64,000 nucleotides of DNA from Diadema antillarum (Eukaryota), in NCBI RefSeq assembly GCF_040938485.1, contig NW_027272591.1, positions 248,001 through 312,000 of the forward strand, read 5' to 3'. The translations under genes and the position numbers were made by a program. The stretch's first letter is position 1. Each line of letters opens with the position of its first letter. Below are positions 10,675-23,500 of this stretch, piece after piece. The notes under the pieces are model-generated. The model worked only from the letters and a program-made list of their open reading frames with translations, did no database searches and was not told the DNA's origin.

Positions 10675-13600
10675 TAAACGAAAGTCGAAACCGCTAGCAA
10701 CGAGCTCGAGCGGCCTTGCATATATCTCACCATGCACTTTACACCGAGCGACGCGTAATGAGGACACGTTGAGCTTTGCTCGAATTCGCAGACGACTTGT
10801 AGCAAATTGTGTGAAAGACGATATGACCAGATATAAACGTAATACGACCTGCAATAGGTTGCCCTCTGCTCACAGGTTGTTGTCTGAACGGAGTGATTAT
10901 GGAAAGCATGAAAGCGACAGTATAAGTGGTTCTATCTTTATCTGGTGGACAATTCCAGTTACAATTGCATTACATCACCGGCACTCAAATTGGTTCGCAC
11001 GTCGAATACCTACAACTTATCTCCCATTGCCTTTCACTCAAACGCAGAGAAAAAAAAATCGATGATTTGTCAACCTTTACCTCGTAAAAGGCCACACAAA
11101 AGACTCCCAGTGGTACTTAAAGAGCACTAGTACGTCTTCACCAATACGTCGGATTTTTCTGGAATCTCGAATGCGTAACTGATCAATAGGCAGGGAAGCC
11201 GTCATAACGAGGCCCACCATTTTTTTTTTCAGAGCATAATATCAAGAGATCTTTATGAAGTTTTGTGTAGCTCAGACTATAGGCACGTGATTGAGATTGC
11301 AGTGTACAAGATGTGAATACTGACAAACGGATCATAACAAGAAAACAGCAACAAAACACGAAATCTAACAACAACAAGAAAGTTTCTCCCACACCGAGAA
11401 AGAGGCAAATATCGAGGGAAGTTGGGCATACATACAGGCTCAGTAAATTATTCCATTATACATTATGTTATTACAGTATAGACTAGCTGGCATACATCTT
11501 GTCATTTTCGAGTATACAACGACATCTAGGACTTTATAGCGTACAATGGGGCGTCCTCTGCACCACCTAACGACAGACTTTCGCAACAAGCAGTTCTATG
11601 TTCTCAGTATAACAAGCCATTGCGACTTATTCATGACCACGATTAAGCACTCATTTCAACCTTTTGTGCAACAGGATTCACGACGCCCGACAACGACAAA
11701 AAGGTACAAAATGTACCCCGCATTGTTGGGTACATCGTGGAGTGATGAATTACCCTATTCACTATTCACTTCGACTTGACACAGAATGATGTCGATTACA
11801 CTCTCATAGAATTGGTCGTCTAGAAACCTAGATCTTGAACGTTTCCGACTTTGTGCTCCATCCTCTGGAGTACAACAGGGGAAAAATAATGGTAAGACAC
11901 TATTATAGGGTTCAAAGAACATTCTGTATTTGGAAGTAAACTTAAGAACGGTTGAACTCTCTCTCTCTCTCTCTGAGGAGAACATACACGGAGGAAACAT
12001 CAAAACCAACCGTCATATTTCCACACTTTTGCGTGAAACGATCGAATGAAACATTTCTTCAAAAAAGAATCTAAGATACGAAAGAAAGGGAGACAACTGA
12101 AGCAGAACCGCAGAAGAAATATTTAATGGCAATGTACTGAAATGAATGTCGTTAGGGAATCCCCGTCCCAACATTGTAAATGACAAGAGTTGTAACGTAT
12201 TCACTTCCGTCAGACAAATCGCATACACACCAGTAATGTTATAATATAAAATGACTGGATATTGTCACTATAATATTCCAAACTCTCAATTTTTGAATCG
12301 AAAGTCGAACATCGTTCTTTTGATTTTCTTGTATTTTTAGTGGTTGCTGTTGTTGTTTGTTGTTGGGGAAGATGACTGGGTTTCAATTCTGTAAATTTCC
12401 CTCCCTATGAGAATTATAGATGCTATAAACATGCCGCAATGTTAGGGAACCTTTTGAAATAAAACATCTGATAGACCTGAATGCAGATCTTTTACAACTG
12501 TACGTTGTATTGAGTTATTAGATTGATGGGTATTATCATACTCCAGCCTTAGTTACATCCACTCTCCCTCCCCCTCTCTCTCCCTCTCCCTTTCTATATC
12601 GACATGTATCAACCTATCTATCCATCTTTTTATTTATCTACCTATTAATCCCCCATTACACCTCTGTTTCGGTCTGCATACAATGTAAATATTCTGCATT
12701 ATGCTTACAACTCCATGTACATTTAAATACATCCAACTGCAGATCAATACCTTTAGATCTTATCTTTTCGACACGTCAGTAGGCTGGCTGAATACATTTT
12801 ATTTTTCAATGGAAAATTTATCGATTGGCGTCGGGTCTGAAACTGATTGAACTCTTAGAAATTTTAAATACAACGTTAGTATATTTACGTACAGATAATA
12901 ATTATTTTTCTCATAAACTACAGTTGTAAATAGGAGCCAAGCAAAGTAAGGATACAGATCTGCGTATTGGAACAGCTATGGAACATAATATTGTATAGTA
13001 CCCATGCATTTATGTTCGATGGCTCGATAGCCAGGCCCATGTTGTTCCGGCTCCAAACAAAAGTACGAAGCTAGAAGTAATGCATAACGATTTTCGTCAC
13101 AAACAATGTTTTTGTATCAAGAGTATAGGCTTAAAGCACCCACAGGGAGTGTACGCGACACGACGTGCTGTCATTCTTTTAGCTTATAGAAATACTTTTA
13201 TAGATAGATATTAATCGAAAATCATGTCATCCCGACGGCTGGGTTTCGCAAACAAACTCATACAAATTGAGAGAACAAAGGGCAATTCTACGAGTGACAC
13301 CATTGCCTTTGAAAGCAGCACACTGCGCCAATACAAGTTCAACCACGAATGTCATAGGCTTACAAATGTGGATGTGAGCTTGACAGACGCTGCTGTGATC
13401 GACTGATAGACGTGAAACGTACACTTCATAACGTATTTCATAGCATAGCTTTCGTTCATTTCATTTATTTCCACTTTCATGATTGGTTTACAAAATAACT
13501 GTTATAACTCTTATAGGCCTATATATACTACAAACTATTGAAATACGGATGAAAGGAGGCTAGATTCAATTTTTGTCGTGATACATACAACCTTCAAAAC

Positions 13601-16600
13601 AAACCATTGTGTATTCAAACGTATTGGGACTTATACAGACGTCAGACAGAAGATTAATCTTACTCGTTATGTAGCAAGGGCACATTGTCCATGTTGACGA
13701 GCTATGTACTGACACAAGACACAGGTATATAATACCACATCTTGGAAAAATACACTGCATATAATTATGTCGCGTACATTTCAGTGAGACAATATATTAC
13801 ATATATATTAAAATCGTTGGAGTAAAGGTACTATACACGTATTATGCACTGACTTTCGATAACATACAATCATGTGCATAGTCAACGTAGAGTTATTATA
13901 TATCTCCACGTACTGCACATATATTATACTTACTGTAAAAATGGAGATGGAAATGTATGCCTCTGGGAAACTATACACCGAAACTCGTACGCAGCTCCGC
14001 TCAGTGACAATAGATGCAGATGAAATGCTCGAGGTTTTCGCGTCAATTTTGACCAGCAGGTCCTTGGAAACTGATTACGTTCAGCTTCACCGGTGTAGGT
14101 CGAGAATAATTATCTTCACCCGCTGGCTTGCCAACCCCGCCTCCCGTTCCGTCTCCGAGTGTGTGCAGCGTCCGTAGTCCGCTCCGTTTCTACGTACGCT
14201 CAAATATTTCACTTCTGTACAGTTCGTCACTGCGGAAAACTGATGCGTGCAGTTTATACGGCGATCGCCATGGCTAGTGCTACACGTCCTGCGTAGATAT
14301 TATTGAAAATTTCTGACTCCTTCGGATCACATTTCTTTGTTTATCTTCCTCACAGAGATGACAAGAAGGCGTTCTAACCACGGTTATTGGGTATCACTTC
14401 TTGGTGTCCGTTTCTCTCTATTCAATATTGCACACATCTGCGTCACTAGCTGACTAATAGTGTTCGGTAACAATGCTGGGTCTACGCCTCGCTGAACTGA
14501 AGCGTATCTTCAATTACAACTCAGTTTAGTCTCCCCTCCCTTCGCTGTCTATACGCCTATCAACAAACAATGCCTTTCGTCACAGTATTGCAGAAGGCTA
14601 AATATTACACCCGTAAAACGTCCGTGTACTCAGTTGACGATTATTACGAGGGATTTACAGATCTACTGTTTTTCGTTATGATGTCCTTTTTACAAGAATT
14701 TCATATAAATTTGCACATGGAAATTATAATGTTACCAAAAAAGCAATTTAATCTGTATACTCTAACAAAACTTCGAAGGTCAAAGTTATGGTCTTGTAAA
14801 TACTGTGAGCTCAGGTGCGCTTACCGAGCTCGTCTGCTAGTCTTCAATTGAAGGCCTCTTGTGTAATATCAAAGATGGATTTTAATCATTCATACATAAG
14901 CTTTTGGCACTGTCATTTCTAATTTTTTTTCTATAATATTCATCGTTGCAATTTGTTTGTTATCATGCAATGCAATGCTATACTATCACGATGTAGGCCT
15001 AAATTGCATTCTTGGAACGCCGTAGGAGCATCACAGCGTTAGCTAGTATTTTTTTATGAGACCCAAAAAGTCAGGCAGTTGTATACCCGAGAGAATTTAC
15101 ATCGGAAGAAATGAGAATGACAGTGTTTAACTTTATAGGTAAAAACGACACTTTATACATGATAAAGGCCTGTGGCAGATTGTGAGTACCGGTATGGCTG
15201 CCAGTGAGTATACCAGGCCCTATGGTGTAGTGAGAAAGAGTTAAGATATCAATTTGTCGTTGATCACTTTAAAAAAAAATCGTAGCAAGATAACATCAAG
15301 TGGTTTATTATACGCTAATACCGGGGAATAGTATAAGATCTACTAATATGTTATCCAAGACTATAGTGAAATCATTTCTGACCGTATTGAGGAAATCGTT
15401 ACAGATTCGTTCCAAAAGTAATACATTCCATATGTAGTCCTTTCTAAATGGGAATCTACAACACATTGTGATGTAACCGGAGTAAAATGCTCAATATACA
15501 GTATACTAATTTTATAAGTATGATTTAGATTATGTATAAGATATAATATTTGTAAGGATCTGTGTCGCTCAACTGTTACAGAGATGTTAGGGTAAATAGT
15601 ATAGTCTATACCAAGATGTATTTTGTAAGGGGACTTTTTAGTCAAGGTGATATTTCGTTGTTCTAAAAAGATCATAAACATCAGTTGTGAAGCTATTTCT
15701 TAACTTTTATTCTGATAACACTCACTATTTCTTGTGTTTTCATTTGATGGAGTGAGAATTTGACCTCGAAATGATAATTAATGAACGTTATGGAATTCAT
15801 TTCTTTGAATTTTGAGTCCCATCATTTGTTTTTTATATTTCACAAGAATTTGCAATACACCGGTGTACTTGATACTGGACAAATTGCATTAGATAATTAA
15901 ATCAAAATACAGTTCAAAATCTATATTCTGTCGATAAATTAGACAAAAGAATAGAGACAGTTGCACTGATGATAGGCAATACATGTACGTACAACACAAT
16001 GTTGATTATGTTTTTGTGTCAATATTCAGCGGAACCACTGAGGTTTAAGTCCACTAAACGATGGAAACTGCAAAATGATATGACGGAACCAATTTATAGT
16101 AATCATGCTTGTAAATAAAAGAAAAATAACTTCATCACATTTTAGGTTTATTTCTATACAGAATATACCAAACTAAAGCATTGTCCAGTAGTGAAGAATC
16201 AGGGTAATTAACTTTACTGAATTCTTATAGTTTCCTTTTATTGATAATTGCGAACCTTTGTCAATTACAATTAAGTTTGTGAGTTCTGTCTGGTACAACA
16301 TATTGGCCCATTCTGTACTATTTCAAGACCTTGAGAGAAGGTATGCAGGCCTACAGGTTACCATTTGTGATAGTCAACTTGTATCATGAACAATCATTGT
16401 ATTTTCTTTTTTTTTCAACTGGATGCAGAGAAAAAAACGAGGTCATTAAACTCATATGAAATCCATATAAAAAGTACTAATGCATAAAAACTATAATCAT
16501 GATAAATTCGAATTTGCATAAGACAATTAATGATAACCCCTGCCTCGATTTCTCGATCAATCTTATACTGCTTAAGTAACTTTGCTACGCTCAATCTCGT

Positions 16601-16769
16601 TGTTCTATCTTTGGCATATACACGTTTTCTCGTTTTCCATGAAGTCTCTCGAGAAGACAATCGTAAGCTCTCAGCATTATGCAATAAAGTTTGTGTTTGC
16701 AGACTATGCTTCATGGGTTTTTTTTTCGTATATTCCCATCGATTCTCTACCCCCTCCCCCCCCCCCCCA

Positions 16770-16771
<2 letters not shown>

Positions 16772-16822
<51 letters not shown>
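16772..16822. repeat. (CA)n microsatellite preceded by a poly-C run
   Basis: Direct reading. Confidence 0.97.
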
Positions 16823-16823
<1 letters not shown>

Positions 16824-18299
16824 GCCTCCAATACATTGAACAGCAGCAGCGTCACAGCGTCACATAAGAGCGGCTTTTCTTAATAGAGTATAACGTAATT
16901 CGCGAAGGCGCTGTTGTCCTTTAATAAATTTAAGTGTCTTTATCGATCGATTGAATGAATAGTCTGTCGGCCCGTGAGTGGAACGGCCATGAAAATCCGT
17001 TGGATCTCTTTTCTTTGTGACACGATTCCCATTATTTTGATCTTCGTCAATCGTCTATTGTTCTCTTTCGCCTTATTCAAAGCTCGTCACAAAAGTGCTC
17101 ATCTCTATGACTTGCCGCTGTCATGAAGTGTCCAATTACCTAATTTAATGAATTAAGCATCAGGGAGGATCGACGAAGTTTGTACAAGATTAAGACGTTT
17201 TCCCTCAGCCTCGTCATGTAGGCATGTAATAAATGACTCGTGATAAAATGAGTCGAAGGGTTTATTTCATTCTTTCCTCTTCTATTTTGCTTTGTAACGA
17301 AAAAAAAGAGTCCCTTTTTAATGACGTCTAGCCTAACAGTGTTTAATCCTTGAGCCGAATAATCCGATTTTCCTTGTCCTTCTTCAGTCATTAAGTTAAA
17401 AAAAAAGATACCGGGTAAATAATGTTGACTATTTTAAACAAGGAACTGCGGAACATGGGATATTCATGAATAGAGAAAGAAGGAGAAAGAGAAAGATCCT
17501 TCGGATGCGAAGAGGTTACGCAACATATATGCTACAAGGGTTCAAATGAAAGATACATAATCATAATCATCATCAACATCATCATCATCATCGTAATCCC
17601 GTCCCCTCCACAAAAAAAAAAATCTTTTCTTCTGTAAGTCCCAAATATCTTTGTTAAAGATTCCATTAGAAAAGAAAAGGATATTGTATAAAGTATTATA
17701 TCACGCAGGGTCGAAAATAAAGAGCACATAAACAAATCTTTTTAGAACGTTATTGTTACAGTAATCGTGCTCTAGATAGTTTTGTCTTTTATGTAGTGAT
17801 TCACGTTGACGTCTATACGCAAGAATTAAAGAAAAAAGAAGAGACCCGTTGATTTTTTTTTCTAATCAAAATCGATCATAATGAGGAGACAGTATTATGA
17901 GACTTTGAAATATCACGAATCCTCCCCAATCAAGAGGTTGTTAAACAGTCACAGTATGTATGCAAATAACTTAAATTTCTACGACATGATTAACTCACGA
18001 CTCAGTTTCCCATTAAATTCAAGTACTATAAATGAATAATTCCAAAACAATGTTTTGGTAGTATAACATCTGTAACTCAACGCACGATAGTTGGTATTTT
18101 TATTTCCTGTAAAACAAAAAGAAAAGAAGAAAGTTGTTAAAATGATTTTCACGTGTTTGAGTATAGAACATTGCTTAACTTTATTTTGATATTTCATAGA
18201 CTTGTGAAAACAATACTAAAATACAATCACCACATCTAAACTTCACATAATACCTATTGGATTGCTTGTGTGTGAAAACACTTTCATATCAAACATCAG

Positions 18300-18658
18300 C
18301 AGGGCCGGCTGAGCATTTTTAAAAGTGGGGGGGGGGAGCACTTACGGGTTTGATGAGCTAACAAGCAAAAAAAAAAAAGTCCTCAGCTCATCTCTCCACC
18401 TCCACTTCCGTGTTTCTTCAGCTGACAATAAAAAAAAGAAGGAAAGAAAAAAGAAAAGGAAGGTCTCTAGGGGAAAATCATAGCCTTACCGCGACCACTA
18501 TTCAAGATCTCTATCTATTTATTTTTAATGTCACTTACGTACTTCCGGGTTAGAAAAAATGGGGGCCAAATTATTGGCACCTTATGTATTCCTTTATATG
18601 GTGCACGAAAAGAGTGGCCCGAGCTCCCACGACCTCCCCTCCGGTTCCGCTGGCCATG
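18300..18658. mobile_element. Degenerate hAT-like MITE
   Basis: CAGGGCCGGCTGAGC ... GGTTCCGCTGGCCATG imperfect TIRs, internal G, A and C runs. TSD unclear. Confidence 0.4.
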
Positions 18659-19195
18659 GTCAGTGAAATTCTAAAATATTTTTTATTGTTGTCTCATTAT
18701 TAGATCCGATTTTATGGAACCTCATTCAACAACAAAAACATCTTCTTTGGTATGGCTTCACACAATTCAGAAGCGCCACTTTAACATGATATTGCCCGAC
18801 AGGTAACACTTATACCAGCGAAATGGAAGTTCTCTCTTTCACCTCCCAGACATAAATTACTTTCGTCTAGTTCTGGGGCTAGAGAAGTACAGTGGGTACA
18901 ATTGACGTCTTGTCCCAAAATAAACGCACCGGTGTGAAGGTTCGAATTCATGATAACATCCAGGGCCTCATTTAAACATAGTTATCTCGTACCTCATTAT
19001 TTAATATTCCTAGTAATTGATTGCATCTCCACGATAATTACCATGAACGTGTGAGAACGTGTGAGATAAGAAAGCTATGGTGGAGAGCAGTGAAGGAGAA
19101 AGAAAAAAAAAATCGTGTCCTGACCTCTACTATAAGAGATTTAATAAGTGGATAAACAGGTGCATTATTCCCGAGATGAGTCAGGTGGGTCAGCA

Positions 19196-19322
19196 GTCAC
19201 GTGACAGCAGCAGCTTCAGCTATAATGTTCGAGGCGCAAGATGGCGCCCTACCTATTTTTGTTTTGCTAGGCTCTCCGCTGTGCTGACATTGCGCATGCC
19301 CACTAACGTTGCTAGGGTAAAC
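19196..19322 (+). promoter_or_regulatory. TTC25/ODAD4 proximal promoter motif cluster
   Basis: E-box GTCACGTGAC 19196-19205, YY1-like CAAGATGGCG 19237-19246, NRF1-like TGCGCATGCC 19291-19300, RFX X-box-like GTTGCTAGGGTAAAC 19308-19322. All lie within 300 bp upstream of the ATG at 19497. Confidence 0.55.
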
Positions 19323-19496
19323 GTACAGGTAGGTGTCACACAGTCAGTGCAGTGGGTAGTGTATTGTGAATGCGAAGTTGCTCCATGTGTGTGTTATGAA
19401 TGGGCGAAGTTCGATCGAAGGTGTAAGGAGGACCGAAGGGCCGAATAAAATCAATATTATTTCCCTTTCACCAAAAAAGTTTTGGCCTCTTCCAAG

Positions 19497-19619
19497 ATGA
19501 TTGTAGGTGAGGAACATGATGAAGCGCTTTCCAGGGAATCTTTCGCCATCTACATGGCGGAAGGGGACGTCCTTTTTAAGCAAGGAGAGTACAAGAAGGC
19601 CCTGCAGAGTTACTCCACG
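19497..19619 (+). CDS. TTC25: TTC25 exon 1a
   Basis: MIVGEEHDEALSRESFAIYMAEGDVLFKQGEYKKALQSYST, donor ACG|GTGAGT, phase 0. Confidence 0.88.
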
Positions 19620-20545
19620 GTGAGTCTGTGTGTGTTCGTTGACATGATCAATCATATTTATAAGGCACCGTATATTCTGGTTCTGGTTCTGGTTGGGTTC
19701 TGCGCAATCACTGCCTGAAGGCTGTTATCCCGCGCAGCCGGTGTGAACGGATTTATTTCTTAAAATTTTAAATTCTGAAATGAGCTTTTTTGACCAGCTC
19801 TTCTACATTGAGAATTACGGGTATAGCCAGATTATTATATTATCAATGCAGACCCTTCGGCCAAATTAGAATAAATAATGGTTATGGGGCTAAGGCCTAA
19901 GGGCAAAATCTTAATGAATCAGATCTAACTAGCTACAAAATTATGATTTTTGTAGTAGAAATAGGACCCTAGTCAGCTCAGACATTGTCAATGCCAATGG
20001 CATGCCTAACGCCAGTAACGCCATCAACGGTTAACGGAGATTCTATTCACTCAGCAAGTCAAGCCGTGTTTTCCTCCACACATCTGGTCGCAAGTTTGCA
20101 GGGCTTTGGGTGACAGCCCAGGGAGTCTTTATCATGTGAACCTTGTTACAGAAAACATCTGCTAAGAGTAAGAGACTCTTGCTTATGCACACTTACAATG
20201 TAAGTGCTGACGCCTGAGAGACTGACATGGCATAGACCTAGTGATGGCTTGGTCAAATACCATTAAGAACTGCCATGAATGCCATAAGAATGATTTTCAG
20301 ACAATTTCGTAAGATCTTCCTAAGCGTAAGAAGGCCCTACAAAACCCCGAGTTCGTAGACCGTTCGTAAGTTTGTAGCCGGGTCGATGGTCGTCTTCAAA
20401 ATTTTTTCAATTTCGTACGAACCCCTCTCTTCACTTCGAAAGGCGGCCGTACGAACTCCAGAATTCGTACCAACAGTGACATTTGTACAAACGCATCGTT
20501 CGTACGAACCTTTGTGACCATAGCTTCACAACGTAGGCCGGAGAT

Positions 20546-20576
<31 letters not shown>

Positions 20577-23500
20577 ATGACCTTTTGCACATGGAGTGTG
20601 AGCTCTTGATTCTGGATGCAAGTTTGCCAAGGCAGCGAATATATTCAGGGTCCCATATTCCATCCATGGTTTCATGTTTTAAGACAGACCCTACTTTTAT
20701 TGGAATTCACTTTTTACAAAATTCTATCTCTAGACAACCTTGAAGTTGAACATTCATTTTGATGGAAAACCAAAACAAATAAGCAAGTACTTACTCAATT
20801 ACACTATTCCTTTAAACAAAGAAGGTGATGACTTTGAACCTTTTTAGCTGAGAGTGCATGGCATATTTGACAAATGAATGACATCAGAAGCTAATTCCAC
20901 AGTGATAAAGTGTATGGACTTCTGTTTTTAAAGAGAGTTGCACCCTACAAAGTTTTAAGAGTATATGTTGCACAGGACATACCCCAGCTGTATTTTGGCA
21001 CTGTGGTTTTTAAAGGTTTGTTATTCTCACACTTGCCCTCCCACCCCTTTTTAAAAGTCTACCCGTCCTTCAAATCAATACCTCTCGATAATCATGATCA
21101 ATACGACTTTCCATGACAGACGGCTGTGGGCTGGTAGGTGAAAGTGAAGACTATAGGAAGGGAGAGATTATCCTTCAATCTATTGATGTTGTTCGTCCCT
21201 GCATGACAGTCCCTATTCTTTTTCGCATCATGAATATGCACAGCTGTTTGCCATAATCTGATAAATATGCATGAGGCTCTGTTGCTAGGACTTGAGTGAG
21301 GGCAAAGGGGCTTGTGTACAAATCAATGGTGAAACAAAATGGTTGCACGCTGTCTGCAGTAGCCGTATATGTGGAAGTGCACAGACCAAGGGCTCTACAG
21401 GGAAAATACTCATTTTGACAAGCAATCTGTGTGAATTTGATCACATCCATGATGGATGAATACGTGGATCCAGCGCTAGAGCGGGAGGAGCAACTGAAGC
21501 TCCTACAATCCTACATCGGAGAAGCAGAGGACCACATGAGAAAGAGGGACTACAGGCGGGCAATGGAGGGCTATAACTTAGTATGTAAACAACATGGCTG
21601 CCACTGTGAAAGGCGGTCACTAAATCCTGTGTTGCTGCGTGATGTGCCTCCCAGCTTATAGAACAGAGAGTGCTAAAATGTTATCCCTGACCCTGTTCCT
21701 TCATTTGACAAATGAAGTATACAATGGGTTTTACTTAGTTGTGTTAGTTGTGTTGAGTTGTGAAATTATGAACATATTAAGATCATAACAACTTGGTCAC
21801 TCTCTAGGGTATGCCCAAGAAAATATGAGTAGATGTTTTTAACCTTCATGTAATGTTTCATGACGATTGGTTTCATCAGCTGCTGCACGATATCTTTGAA
21901 CACATGCGTGACAATTTTTGCTGCAGAACAGCTTATTGTGTTGGTACAGTCCTTAGCTAGACAGTTTTCTTGGACGCATACTAACCCAGAACAGTAAAAC
22001 CGTGTGTTTGCGCGTGTGTGTGTGTATAAAAGCATGGTACTATAAAAGTGGAAATTTTGCACATTTCGCTTGACCAGGTACTAGCATGAAAATAAAAGCA
22101 TGCCAATATGTACCACTACTAACTGTCTTGTTTCTGCAGGATTAAACACACACTAAATTGATCTCCTCTGGCCCAATGCAAAAAATTACTTGCGCAAAAT
22201 TATCCAATTTTACAGTTTTCATTCAATATGTAATATATCTTAATTGACTACTTACTTGAGAGAAGCATGTTGCTTGCACAATTTGTGAGTATAGAAAAAA
22301 GAAACAAAAGCAATGTCAGTTATAAATCTTCTGATTGATTATGACAATGGAACCAATGTAGGAATGGAGAAATAAGCTCGATCTGTTTCACAGTGCCAAA
22401 ACGACGGAAGAGACTATTCTGCAGAGAGCACAGTGAGATCTTGTTGACAGTTAAAAAACAAACAAACAAACAAAAAATAATAATTATGTATGCCAGTAAT
22501 GGCATTCAGCACATTTCTTCATTGTCAAATATGTCATTGCCAATGTGGTCATTACATTATCATTATTCTATAATTTCTAATTCTATTCATTGTATTCTTC
22601 ATCTGTTACCAGGCCCTGGAAATAGAACCGACAGACAAGAATTGCCTGGTGGCCCGCTCAAAGTGTCATCTCCAGCTTGGTGACTCCAAGGCAGCCCTCA
22701 AGGATGCTGAAGCAGCACTGGAGGATGATGAAAAATACATCAAGGTATTCAATAATGGCCTTTTGTCATTTACATGTAGAGTCCATTACCAGCTTTTAGC
22801 GTGTCTAGTCTTTGTATGAAACAAATTCTTGCTACGTTGGACAGTTGTAGGCATGTGAGCCGTAAGGCATAACGTGGATGATGTCTGTCGATGTGGCCAT
22901 ACACTGTATTTGTATCTCATTGAACAATACATGAAACTTTTTTCTTACATTTGTGTCAAATTAACAATTCATGACTCGTGAGCACATCTATCAACGCAAA
23001 TAGGTAGATGTGCTCTAGAGAAATTGCTATGATTATATTTTGTCATTCTTAATTGAGAACACCATGTTTCCAGCACCTGAATAAGTTCATTTGTATTCCA
23101 TTGAAGTTTCATTTTACTTTATACAGCAAGTAGTATACCTATCTATGCAAACTTTTTGTATGTGCACTGAATGCAAGATACCTTTGACAAATATTTACAA
23201 AGTTGATTCCGTCTTATTTCCCTGACTATGATTAATAGCAGCTCATCCTTCACATGAAGTATTTGAAAATAGCCATGGTGCCACGGTGCCAGCGAATGAA
23301 AGCACTGCAAGCAAGACCTAAATCTAAATATAATCTGTCCATCTGGTCACATGACAGGGTTCAATGCAGAAAACTCTGAATATAAATATTTAAATTTGAA
23401 TTTTGATTTGAACTTGGTCACTTGACAGGGTCTGTACCACAAGGCAGAGGCCCTCTACCAGATGGGCGACTTTGAGATGGGCCTGGTCTTCTATCACCGT

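Noticed and set aside
18939-18949. GGTTCGAATTC B-box as a tRNA or SINE
   Set aside because: No A-box or cloverleaf stems found at the expected spacing.
11100-19000. An additional protein-coding gene between TRIM and TTC25
   Set aside because: Only short ORFs without homology or exon-like composition. Non-coding TRIM 5' exons may lie here but could not be placed.
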